Of a stretch of 64,000 nucleotides of DNA, positions 26,385 through 39,305 are shown piece after piece. A model generated the notes under the pieces. That model did no database searches and was not told the origin of the DNA. It worked only from the letters and a program-made list of their open reading frames with translations. How positions within the stretch are numbered: position 1 is the first letter of the stretch; every line of letters begins with the position of its first letter. Origin of the DNA: the human T2T-CHM13v2.0 reference genome, Homo sapiens. The position numbers were made by a program, and so were the translations under genes. The DNA lies in assembly GCF_009914755.1 (NCBI RefSeq), contig NC_060925.1; one strand, 5' to 3'.

Positions 26385-26880
26385 GTGGGCTTTAGACTCA
26401 GAAAGATATGTCTGGATGCTGGCTCTGCCCACTGCTACCTCTGTGATGTTGGACAAGTTACTTAAATGTCTCTGGGCCTTAGTTTCTTCAATATAAGATC
26501 AAAGTAGTGGCACCTGCTTCACAAGGTTGCTGTGGGAATGAAATAAGATAGGGTATGAAAAATACTTTGTGGCACAGGCATTTAATATGTGCCATTTTTT
26601 TCCTCTAACATATAATAATAAGTGCAGTTTGGTTGATCCTTACTATATCCTCAGTCTGTTTCTTATAACTATTATTTTTTATAAAATACAAAATGTTTTT
26701 TATTCTTTAATCTTTACATAAAACCCTGAAAGATAAGTATCATTGTTTTAAACCCCATTTTACAGATGAGAAAGTTGACGCTCCCTAGTTTAAGAGATTT
26801 GCCCAAGGCCACACAGGGTTAATGACAGAGTGATCCTGGATTTAGACCCAGATATGTCAACCTTCCATATACTTTACTGC
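26385..26880. mobile_element. MIR fragments
   Basis: ggacaagttacttaaatgtctctgggccttagtttctt; cccattttacagatgagaaagttga...ttgcccaaggccacaca. Confidence 0.65.
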
Positions 26881-27274
26881 TGTTCCAGTACTTTCCCAGG
26901 TGATGACTTTTAAGATGGCCTAATACCATTCAGTTCCAACCACCTTTGAGCACCTTTGAGCAATCCCCTTCTCTGGTCATGGTCTAGACAGTCTGGGCTG
27001 GATCTTTTTTCTTTGTTGTCTTTGAAAAGCTACACATGGAGCAGTGCAGAATACAGGTTTCAGTCCAGAGACCTGAGTTCAGTGCAAGCCTGGCTTCTTG
27101 CATATGATTTTAGACAGCTGCTGCAACCTGGAGCCTCAGTTTTCCCTTGTTGAAGTGTTCATAGAATTATAACCATTGCGTTACAGGGTTTTTATGAGGA
27201 TAAAACTATGGACTTTTTTTTTTTTAATGAAATATTTTCTGCCATTTGCTGACCCTGGACTTGGTGTTGGCATA

Positions 27275-27838
27275 TGTAGAAAAGGAAAGATTTTCCTCTG
27301 CCCTCTTAGTTTCTGTGCCTGGTCCTGATAGCTAAACTGACAAAAGGCATATTAACAGAGGAAAAACATACACATTTTATTTGATGTTAATGTTTTTATG
27401 TGTACCACAGAGGGCTTCCTATATAAGAAATAAAGACCCGAAGAAGGGGAGAGGCCTGAGAGTTTATAAAGCATTTTAATAGAGAAGGATAAATTGTGGA
27501 AATGTGACAAGACAAAGGAAAAAGGGGGTTTGGGCTGGGGCAGTCGATTGTGAGAAAGTGGGAAATGTATGGGGAAAACTAATGGAAAATAGGTGAGTGT
27601 TTTTACTAGAGATTTATTTTGGTGTTGACTCTCCATCTTTGATCATAAGAATGTTCTCCTCTTCCTGGCACAGGGAAGGGACATTTCTCATGGGAAATTT
27701 TATGCCTTGCTTTTAGGTAGAAATGGGGAGGTCAGAAAGCCCTTCCTGTATCTGCTTTTTCTCAATTGCCTTTAGCTCAAAATAATCAATATGCCAAAGT
27801 GATATATTTTGGGGTAGCCTGTTCTGATTCCTTTTACA
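27275..27838 (-). mobile_element. MER34-family (ERV1) solo LTR
   Basis: The reverse complement begins ...atcagaacaggctaccccaaaatatatcactttggcatattgattattttgagctaaaggcaattgagaa, a MER34 signature; TG...CA ends. Confidence 0.8.
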
Positions 27839-28636
27839 TCACAAGATGCATAAACCATTGACCCCATTCTCAAATGGCTTATGGTTTAGTAAGGATGATA
27901 GAAAAGTAAATGAGTGCTTAGGTTACAATGTGAAGAATAAAACTACATAGGTCCATGGAGGGCATAGTAGAAGCATGGAAGGAGAGAGCAATTACCCCTG
28001 TCATTGGGTAGTTCAGACAGGCTTCCCACTGATGATATTGGAGTTGTGTTTTGAAGACTAAATAGGATTTACTATGACGGAGCTCGTGTTTTAGAAAGAT
28101 AAGTTTTGAGGCAGTGCCAACTTTGTTCTGTGGGCTAAGACTTTAATCTTCTCAATGAATTTTGCAGTAGATTTTACTATCCATTTTTACAAATGAGAAA
28201 ACTGAGATAGAGAGATATTGATTAAAGTATCATTATTGCCTACACAATAGTGACCCTCACTAAGAAGAGACCCCCATGCTGTGGCAGCTAATTTTGGTCT
28301 TTTAGGGGATATGGAACTATCCCCTCAAGGTGCTGTGCATGCTGAGGGCCCATTCTGCCAATGCATAGCGCTAGTTCTCGTAACAGAACGATGATCACTT
28401 CATAATCATTTAATTTAGGAATTCAGACTTCACATTGCCTGGACTTTAAAGCCAGAAATATGTGACTTTTAATTATGGCTCCACTCCTTATTGATTATAG
28501 AGCCATAACAAGTTTCTTGATTTCACTACCTCAGTTTCCAAAATGGGAATCATGCATTCCTCAATGGGTTATTCTAAAGGTTAAATGAGATAATCTGTAT
28601 ATTAGTTATATTGCAGGGGGAAAAAAGAAACTCTGA

Positions 28637-29037
<401 letters not shown>

Positions 29038-31141
29038 AGGACCAGTCTCTTTTCATTAAGCAGCTCTGATGTCTTCTTGGGCCCCAGAGCCCTTGTCAGA
29101 TTCTCTGTTTTCAGCAGCTCCAGGAGACAGATTACAGGGAAGATCTCGTGGGGTTGTTTAAAAAGTCTCTCAAATTTGATAGACAGGAAAACTCTTTGCT
29201 TTAATTTGTATTTATTTGATCATTAGTGAAGTTAAGCTTTTAAATTTGTATTAGTCATTTGTCTTTCTTCTTTTATAAATTATAGATACTTTAAAATTTT
29301 ATGCAAGAAAATCTATCCATATTTTCTTTTATGATTTCTACCCTTGGTCAGCAGGTACATTTTCAGCACAGTGTCTTGTACACTTTCATTTTTAAAAAAT
29401 ATAGGTGAATTGTATTAACTTTTATATTGGAAGTGGACATTGAGTGGACATGTAGACACAAGATCCTTGAGAATCATTTCTGCCTTCGAGAAGATTATGG
29501 TTTTGCCAGGTTGATGAGGCTTATGAACATGAAGCAGTTAGCTGATACGATAGATGCATGACTAAGCCACAATTACCTTCTCTCCAGTGACCTGTCCTCA
29601 TATATTTATCTTGATTGATAGGTAATTAGATGAATGATGATACCAAGTTAGGAACTTGGCGTCTTCTCATTTCCTCTTCCTCCCCCTGCCCCAGATCTAA
29701 TCCTTCTCCACAGTGCATCAGTTCTGTCTCAGGAAAACCTCTCAACTCTGCCCCTTACTTTCCATCCTTACTCCCCCTGCCTTGTTCAACTCCCACTTTA
29801 GAGTCACATCTGTGGTCAGGCCATCCCCTGCCTCAGCAGGCTTCCTCTGTGCTCCTGTGGTCTTAGTTCTTGTCCCTGTAGTAGCAGGTATTACCATGTA
29901 CTGTCAATAAACTGCTTTCATGCCCAGCTCTTCTTTGACTATCAAATGTTAGGGAGCCGCGGCCTTCCAGTGTTTACTGAGCATCTGTAATTGAGTTCTG
30001 TTCTTACCCTAAGTGAGATTATAGACTCAGTGAGAAGGCAAATAATTAAACTAGTAATTAAAAGTATGCGAGGAGTTTGAAAATTACACCTCATGGTATG
30101 GGAGTATATGGGTGGGGTGTTGACGGTTACTGAACTGAATGTAAAAGGCAGAAAAGGCTTTGTTTTATTCAACTTGGTATTTCTAAGAACTAGCTTGGCT
30201 CTCAGTAGGTGATCCTTAAGTGTTTGCTGAATGTATCAGTGGTGTTATTAATTTTTTTTTATGTCAGTTATAGACACAGGTCCAACCTGTCTTCTGAAAA
30301 CAGCTGAGCATTTCAAGGATATGGCATGGATTTTTTACTCTAATGTATAGCAGGCAGATTAGAGCTTGTTGATTAGTTTGCTCCTTAAATTTTTTCTTAG
30401 TATGTTTCTTGTAGGTAGGTCTGTTACCATTCCTCATATAAAATCTGGGGCCAATTTAAGATCTGGGGTTGGGGGGATGGGGAGATGAGAGAACTGGACT
30501 AGAAGGAGGGAAAAAGAGAAGTGTAGGCGTGGTTTAACTTTTGTCATGATCATTTTGGTTCCCCAGATTAACAGAAACAGATAAACCAAAAAAAAAAAAA
30601 AACAATCAAAAACCAAACACCCACAACCAAATGATTGTGTGGTTCTCAAACGATGAGGTCTCAAAGCATTTGAAAACAGTATGGCTTCACTGAGACTGGA
30701 AAGCCACAGGGACTTCACAGGTACACAGATGATAAATCTGAAACCGTAGGATAACCCTGGCAAGTAGACAAGTCACTTCATTTAATAAATCTGCTATGAC
30801 ATTTCTTATTGCTGCCCAGGAAATGCTGAATTCTCAGCAGCTGCCTGGCCTAATTTCCAGTCTTACAGTGACTGAGCAGATGCTTTTGCTACGTATATCA
30901 GCACATTGTGGGGAATGAGTGGCTTGGGTAAAAGTAGTGCTCTTTGGATGGATTGATAACAACAGCAACAATAGGTGCCATTTATTGAACAGCCAGAGTG
31001 CTCAGGCTGGCTTCTGTGCTAAGTAAACTTTTATTACAAATGAAGACACTGAAGTTCAGAAAACCTAAGTAAATTGTCCGATGTCCTGTGGTCAGTAAGT
31101 GATGGAGGTGGGGTTCACCCTGACTTCGTGTGGTTGTAAAG

Positions 31142-31358
31142 CAGGGGTGTTCAAACTTTTGGCTTCCTTGGGCCACATTGGAAGAAGAATTGTCTGGGCC
31201 ACACATAAAATACACTAACACGAATGACAGCTGGTGAGCTAAAAAAAAAAAAAAAAAAAAGCAAATCGCAAAAGAAATCTCATAATGTTTTAAGAATGTT
31301 TACAAATTTGTGTTGGGCCACATTCAAAGCTGTCCTGCGCTGCGGGTTGGACAAGCTA
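31142..31358. mobile_element. MER30 hAT MITE with an expanded internal A-run
   Basis: caggggtgttcaaacttttggcttccttgggccacattggaagaagaattgtc...gggttggacaagct. Confidence 0.85.
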
Positions 31359-31677
31359 TAGAGCTTGTCTTTTACCTTCAGTGCCAATTTAGTAAATATT
31401 TATAGGGATTCTGAATTTATTTCACCATCTTCTACCCCAGACAATATCCAGTCTAGACAACTTCCTAATCTGGTGGCCTGATGGGGACCACTTTTAGCTG
31501 TGTCGTTTTTATTTGTTCCTTTAAGTTTCCTTTGTGACAGAAGAACTAGAGGAACTAGAGGGGCTGCAAAGACTGAGGAGATAAGAAGGCTTTAATTCTG
31601 TTTAATTCTGAATAGATCTTTGACCCTGGGCAAGTTATGTGAACCTATGTGTCCTTTTTGGGGGTGGGAGTGAGGGA

Positions 31678-31830
31678 GAGTTGGATTTACCCTGAACGCA
31701 AGCTTCAGGGCCCTTCCAAGGTTCTGGGAAGAGACACTAGCATTTTGGTATTTATAATTTTATATTCATTTTATCAAGGAATCCCACAAATCGTATACAT
31801 TTCAGGCTCCCCAACATAGATCTGTCCCTT
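31678..31830. mobile_element. MER45A-like hAT-Tip100 MITE
   Basis: ggatttaccctgaa...aagcttcagggcccttccaagg...ttcaggctcccc...gatctgtccct. Confidence 0.55.
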
Positions 31831-33540
31831 GGGTGGTGTTGGAGAACCAAAGAGATAATGCTTGTGAATGCACTTTGCAAAGCAGAGTGCACTGCATAGG
31901 CATGAAGTGGAAATGGCAAAAAACGTTATTAGTATTATTAGTACTGATAATAGCTGGAATCGAGGAAACCTTTGTTGAAGGACTAGTGGGAGAAAGAAGG
32001 GGTTTAGGTCTGAGGAAAACAGGGAAGCCTATTAAGCTTTCTAGTAAACGACTGAGCGAAGTTATGAAAGCTTCTCCCCAGGAGAAAAATTTCTGTTTGT
32101 AAGAATTTAACACACACTTATGCCTGAGGGCTGGGAGTTGAATGAGGTTCTTTTCTGTTTCCTGGCTTTAGGGAACAGTGGAGGAAGGCATTTTTCTAAT
32201 TGGAGGGAGTAGATTTACAAGTGCTACCTGGATCCCATTACCAAAAGCTGCAGTTAGCTCCTGGTTATTAAAAGGCTCATTATTCAGTTTATGGATTATC
32301 CAGACCCCATTTGCCTCCAGCCATTCTGATGTACACGTTTTATGCCTTTTACTGCCAATTAGCGCCTTCACCTGAGCAGAGAAAAAAGGGGGTGCTAAAC
32401 CCCAAATTTGTTAATTTCTCTCCTTGTTAGCAGCTCTGTAAAGGTTTGTCAGCAGGAGAGTGGGCCTAGGAAAAGGTTCAAATGAGGTGAAGGGATTATC
32501 TGCGCTTTCTCTATTGCTGTTTCTCTCAATTCAAAAATTGAGACTAGGCTCTGGTTCTGACTGTAAACTGATTTAAAGTCACTAAGTCAGAGACCTTGGC
32601 CTGGGATATTAAGAGACTTTAATAAACAGCAGCCCTAGGGTAGGTGACATTCTTTGAGAAGCCCCTTACCCCACACTCCATATCTCCAGGCCTCTCTTTC
32701 ATTTCCTGTGTGATGTGGAGGTGTGGGGGCCAACAACATCTGGTACTTGAGAGAGTGAGGGAGAATTTACTCCTAAACAGATTTGTCGGAGGCCAGAAAA
32801 AGAGGATACTTGGGTCGTTTTCGTGTTTTTTGTTTTTTTTTTTAAAGGTGTGTTTCTCTGTGCACACATAGCAAATATAAATATACATGCACATTCATTC
32901 AATCTTATCTTAATATTTACTCAGATTTGAAAACTATCGCACGTAAAATCCTTTTCTGGAAGGGACTTCTCTCTGATTTCAAAGGCTATTTGGTTTCTTA
33001 GTGAATTTATTGGCTGTGCATTTACTACACACGAAGTAAAAACTTCTTTGGTCAGCTATGGAAACGATTTGCATCTTGCTCTGAGAAGATCATGATCACA
33101 AGGGAATTGGAAGTAAAATGTGTATATTCTGGGTTGGAAATGAGTCCTGATCTGGGATTAAAACCTGGTTGCAATACTCATCTTAGATTTTGAGAACTAG
33201 AATGAGCAAATGACTGTCGTGAGTTGATCCCTCTATTTGGGACTAGTGGGATATGCACTTGCGGTGAGCAGGGCTGTGATTCCTGGTGCTGTTTGCTGCG
33301 CGGCTGGCCGCGACAATGGGCTGGACTCGAAAGAAAGAGAAGTGAAAGTCTCTCTTTGTGAAGCGTTTGCCTTATCAGAGAAAGTGGTACCAGAGAAGAG
33401 ACACGAGAACTGCTCTCTAGGGTGTGGGCAGTAAGAAGACTGTGGGGTGCAGAGGTCAGAGCTAGACCGACTCTGAGTCCCATCCTGGCTTTGTGATTAA
33501 TATGAATAAAACAATAATACCCTTATTTCATGGTCTGTAG

Positions 33541-34044
33541 CAGTGCTGTCCAGCAGAAATATAATGTAGGCTTTTTATGCAATTGTACATTTCCTAAGAG
33601 CCATTATTTTAAAAAAGCAAAAAAGAAACATGTAGAATTTAATAATGTGTTTTATTTAACTTGGTATATCCAAAATACTTTCATTTCAAAATGTACTCAA
33701 TATAAAAATTAATGAGATATTTATATCTTTTTTTTTACAAACAGTTCTTAAAACTCGGTGTACGTTTTACACTTATAGCATCTCTCAGTTTGAATTCTAA
33801 ATTTTTCATCAGAAATATTTGATTTGTATTTTGATTTTACTAATTTAAAGTAAAAAAGTAGGTTCACTCGTCTAAGTTGAATTGTGCTTAGACCTTTTCC
33901 AGTAGCTGAATGGAACATTATTTTTAAAAGGTAAATTAATTAAAATGAAATGAAATTTTAAAAATGTGGTTTGTTGGTTATGCCAGCCATGTTTCAATGC
34001 TCAAAAGCCACATGTGGCTAGTGGCTACTGTATTGGACAGCATG
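33541..34044. mobile_element. MER33/Charlie1-type hAT element
   Basis: TIRs gtgctgtcca / tggacagcat; agccacatgtggctagtggctactgtattggacagc end. Confidence 0.75.
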
Positions 34045-34957
34045 CTCCTTCAGGTATTCATCTTCACTATCAGAAGAGACCACTAGACTCAGACAATGAG
34101 AGTAGCGTAAGGGGCTGCAGAAAGGATTGGCTGCTGGGTCAGGTTCAGATGGGGAGGACACACCTGTTGGCTGGACTCCTGGCAGCCAAAGGCTGGCGAC
34201 TGATGAGCAAGTAATGAGTGCCTGACTCAGGGACACATCTGAGCGTTTGATGAGCCCTTGAAATTTTATCTGAAAATGCAGTCCTCAGTTTCACCATATC
34301 CTGAGCCTAATTTTACCCCAGATGTTGTGCAGCTGTGAGTTTTCCCAAGGGAGTGCTGCTTTGTGGTATGTGTGAGTTGGCTCTTTGGTCTCAGTGTGGT
34401 AGTGTGAACTCCTGGAGGCTTTGAGGGCAGACACAGACTTGAAGCACTTTTATTTGAGTTGTTTCATTGCTCCAGGAGGGTATTACACATATGGGAGCAA
34501 TTTAAATGTCCAGAACAAACCACATGTCTTCTTTTAAGTCCAGAGAGCAAGGTGATTGCAGTTTCTTTGTTCGGTTTGCTTATTTTTTACTGCTTATTTC
34601 TGTGTGCATAAATTCAGCGACATGCTAATAGACATATGGCCAATGGTGCTTAGAGAAAATCTGTTTGTAAACCTGAATCTCTGTTTTGCCTACACATTTG
34701 CATTGTATTCCTGCCCTGCTCCAACTCGTTGTCCTAGACCATCCAGTGTTAGCATTTTTCTCATGAGATGAACATTTCGTTATAATAATGACAGTAGCTG
34801 TCATTTGCTGAGGGCTTTCTGCATGTCAGGCAGCCTACTAGGTAGTTTACAGATATTTATTGTCTCACAACAACCTTCAGCATGGGCAGGATTGGTTTCA
34901 TTTGACAGATGACAAAACTCTGGCTTGACAACTTTACCAGCATGAGAGTGCTAGACT

Positions 34958-35279
34958 AGGGTCAGCAAACTACCTCCTCTAGAACAAGCCCGGCTTGCTG
35001 CCTATTTACATGCAGCTCCTGAGTAAGAATGGCTTTTGTGTTTTTAAATGGTTGAAAAAAAAATCAAAAGAAGAATAAGAGTTGACAGGTGAAAATGATA
35101 TGAAATTCAAATTTTTCACCCATAAATAAAGTTTTATTGAAACACAGCCATGCTTATTCACCATATCTGCTTTCATGGCACAAAGGCAGATTTGAGAAGT
35201 TGAGATGGGTACTGTATGGTCTATAAGGCCCAAAATATTTACTACCCATCTCTTTACAGGTAAAGTTTGCCAACCCTTG
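34958..35279. mobile_element. MER58B-like hAT MITE
   Basis: gggtcagcaaactac...aaataaagttttattgaaacacagcca...aaagtttgccaaccct. Confidence 0.8.
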
Positions 35280-37479
35280 TGCTAGGCTGTTGAGTTCTTT
35301 CAGTGGACTTTAAGAACCACAGTGAAGAGCAGTGTGGTTCTTTCATGTCTGGCCAGCACCAGGCCTCATGCCTCACACTCTGAATGGTGGGGATATTTAC
35401 TGAGCATAGAGCTAAATACGGTACGTGGAAGAGGAGACTGAAGCTTAGAGAGGCCAAGTGACTGCCCAAAGTCTCATAGTGGGGCTGGAATTCAGACCCA
35501 AAGTCTGAACTCCTAACAGTTATGTTGACCTCAGTGCTGGAAAACTTGAACTACATCAGGACCACTGGAAGGGACGGTTGTACTAGAGTTTGCTAGGCCT
35601 TACCACTGTTTCTGATTCTTCCAGTCTGGGGTATGACTCAAGAATTTGTATCTCTAACAAGCCACCAGGTGATACTAGCACTGCACATCTGGGAACCGCA
35701 CTTTGATTAGACCTACCATATGACATCCAGCTCAATGAACAGTTGTTGAGTTATGGAAATTGCAGAGCATGGATTCAAACCCATGCATTCCCCAAAAGAA
35801 ATTGACTAGAAATTTAAATCAATTTAGCAATTTAAGTGCAGTGTACTCCAGTCAACTTTCTTGGCATTGTAATAATTTGATTTCTGCCTTCATTGTTTTC
35901 ATTAAACTCAAGATTTCTTCTGATGCTATGAGGCTCAGGCCACTATGCACACTGAAAAACTTTTGCCTTTGCACGAGCTAGGGGCTGGGACTAAAATTAA
36001 CCCCTCACTGGTGGCACCACTTGTGTCTGGAAAAATCAGTTTGTGATTATTTCTAAACCAAGGAATTTTGTTCCTGCTGATTGCATATCAAATCCTTTCT
36101 CACACTTTGGACCCCCCACTTCTTTGCTGGCTAACAGGGAGAATTAGGGGTGCAGGAAACAGCTTTCACAGTTAGATTATGCTGGCTTTGGTTACAAAAG
36201 TTAATGCATTAGTGCTAGAGTTCACTATCTTAATTACTGGGTTAGTCTCATATTTAAAAAGTCATTATTTAAGGATTAGGAATGGGGAAATCGAAGACTG
36301 GTGAAAGACGATAGTTTTTTTTCGTGTTGATGATTCATAGCCTTGTTTTAGACTTTTATAAGTAATAAAAAGCACTGGATACTGCTGATTTAGTCTCTTC
36401 CTAGAGGCTCATATTTGTGTAAAGAAGGAAATTACTCTGTAAGTTTTCCCTTTTGCTTTTTCCTGGCTCTCTCTTTCTGTGCCTTTGTCTATATTGAAGC
36501 CTATTTTTCTGATGTTCCTTCTTCATCTCCAGCCTTCATGCCCCTTCCCAATACAGGTGTTGCAGGGATCGTTAGCTAGAATGTCTAAGGAACCATACTA
36601 TCAACCCAAGAGAAGGGAAGCTTGGTGAACTCTTAAAACCAAGTAGATGAAACCTTCTTGCAGAGTCCCGGGATATAAGCCATTCCATTAGGAATCCTTC
36701 CCTGGGAAATATGAATCATTGCTATGCCTGATATAAAATCACTGACATGGTGTTCATGACAGCTCACCATGTCATCCCTCACACCTTTGCCATGGCCTGG
36801 AGGCTGACTACACTACTACTTGTGTTTGTTCTTTTATTGCTGACCTTGTCAACCAGGTCATTCTTTCTCTCTTCCTATTTCTAAGAGAAAATTCATTCCC
36901 CAGAACCAGCAAGTACCTGAACCATTGCCACTTTATATGTGCTGCCTTATTTATTTTTCATCTCATTCTTTGGCTGGGAGTAAAAGAACCTTTCTCTCCT
37001 ACCCTGGTTTATGTTGCCTGATTATCTGTTCGTCGGCTGGTTTGATGTTTATTTAATTCTGCCATGCTGCTTAACCTTAGAAGCCTGGTTTTGTGGCTTG
37101 ATTTGAGCCAAGATTTCTGCATGTGACTTCTAACTTGTGGGTAAATTAAGGTTTGTTTTTCTCTCACCCATCTTTGACCCATGATATTAAAACGTTATTT
37201 GAAGAAAGGACATCCAACCCATATACCACTCTAGGTTTCTGTGTTAAAACTATTGAAATCCACTATACATTATTTCAGATTTATGTAGGTTAAAGGGATC
37301 TGGGTTTGACCTTTTCCCCACTTATCTTCAGCAAATAGAGACATGTGAAGAGGAAGTTTATTTATCAAGCACTTATAGAGAATCTAAGTACTGTGGGTAA
37401 GAGGAGGGGTAGAGAGAATGGAGATAAAAGATTCACTGAACATCTAATTTTTTTTCTAGGGGAATTTAGGGTGTGTATG

Positions 37480-38190
37480 AATAGTAATAATAATTGTAAC
37501 AATAGCTTACATTTACTGAGTGCTTACCTGTACTGTGTTGGGGCTTTATATTTGTGGATTATCTCATTTTATCCCCACAGGCTCATGAGGTACATCCACC
37601 TAGGTGAGGAAATGAAGGCTTGGAGAGGCTAAGTCACCTCTCAAAGGTCATACTACTAGTAGAAGAGGGGTTATACTTTGAATCCAGGTGTTTGGCTGAA
37701 GTAAAATACATTTCCTAGAGTATATTACTCAGATCATACATAGATAAACCTATTTGTAACTTGCCCATGATAATAATAACTTTAATGATACAATAACATC
37801 AGCAAACATTTTCTGGACACTTACTATATGATAGGCACTGTATTTAATTCATACACATGATTTATTTTAAAGTTTAACAATCCTATTAGAAATCTATTTT
37901 ATCTGAGGAAACTGAGGCTCGGAGAGAACTTAAGTTCTTTGTCTGAGGTCATGTGGCCAGTGAGTGGAACACCTGTGGGGTCATATTATTTGTATAATTG
38001 TTATTGTTATTAGCTAACAGTTACTATGTGCAGTAAGGACTAGGCATTGTTCTCAGCACTTTACATTTATTAATTCACTTAATCCTCATTTTACAGGTAA
38101 GGAAACTGAGGCACATAGTGGTTAAAGTTACAAAACTATTCTGTGGCAGTGGTAAGATTTGAACCCAGGCAGTTTGACCCTGGCATCTAT
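37480..38190 (-). mobile_element. Cluster of about three MIR fragments
   Basis: Repeated gaggaaactgaggc / aaggtcat / tttgaacccagg MIR cores. Confidence 0.7.
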
Positions 38191-38984
38191 AACAGATGCG
38201 CCTATGACCACAGACTTTGTTTCCTTTGCCACTTTGGTGGTCTGTCTCCTAGAGCAGAGAATCACTAGTACTATTACAAACCATTCCAGTAACAAATTAA
38301 CCTACTTAAAAGGAGCTTGCGGAAATGAAAATATAACTTGAATTTTGACTTGAAATAAACTGAACTTTAAAAATCCTTTGAGGCTTTTTAAAAAATGTAT
38401 TTGAAGAATTTCCAATCAGATCAACTTAGGAAGGCCCACTTAGGTCAAATCAGACATGGAGGAATTAATTTTCTTGTGGAGCTGGTGTTGAGCCTAAGTC
38501 CATCGTGCTGCCTGGGTGGGGAATGCCAGGCAGCTTTCCTTCTTTGCTTTCCCTGTTCTCTCCTCAATCACTCATCTCTCTAGATAAGGCCACAGAACAG
38601 CCAGAGTGATCTTTTAAAAAGTAAATAAGATCATGGCAGCCTATTTGTTTGTTGATCTGTCAGTCAAAAAACTAAAAGGATCACAAAAAAAACTAAAGGG
38701 ATCACAACTGTTTTGCTTATCGCTGTGTATCTATCATCTAGCACAATGCAGTCAACAAAAGAATGATTAAATGAATTAATTTTAGGCAAAAAAATTAGCA
38801 TGTGCAAAGATCCGGTGGCATGAAGGAACAGGACATTTTGGGAAACAGTGAAAAGTTGTGGATGGCTGGCATTGAGCTGGCTTTGGGAGCTGGAAGAGAT
38901 AATACAGTTGGGTCAGATCATAAGGATCATGTAGATTCTGTCAAGGAGTGTAGATTTGATCCTCTAGAAATGGGGAAACACTAA

Positions 38985-39305
<321 letters not shown>

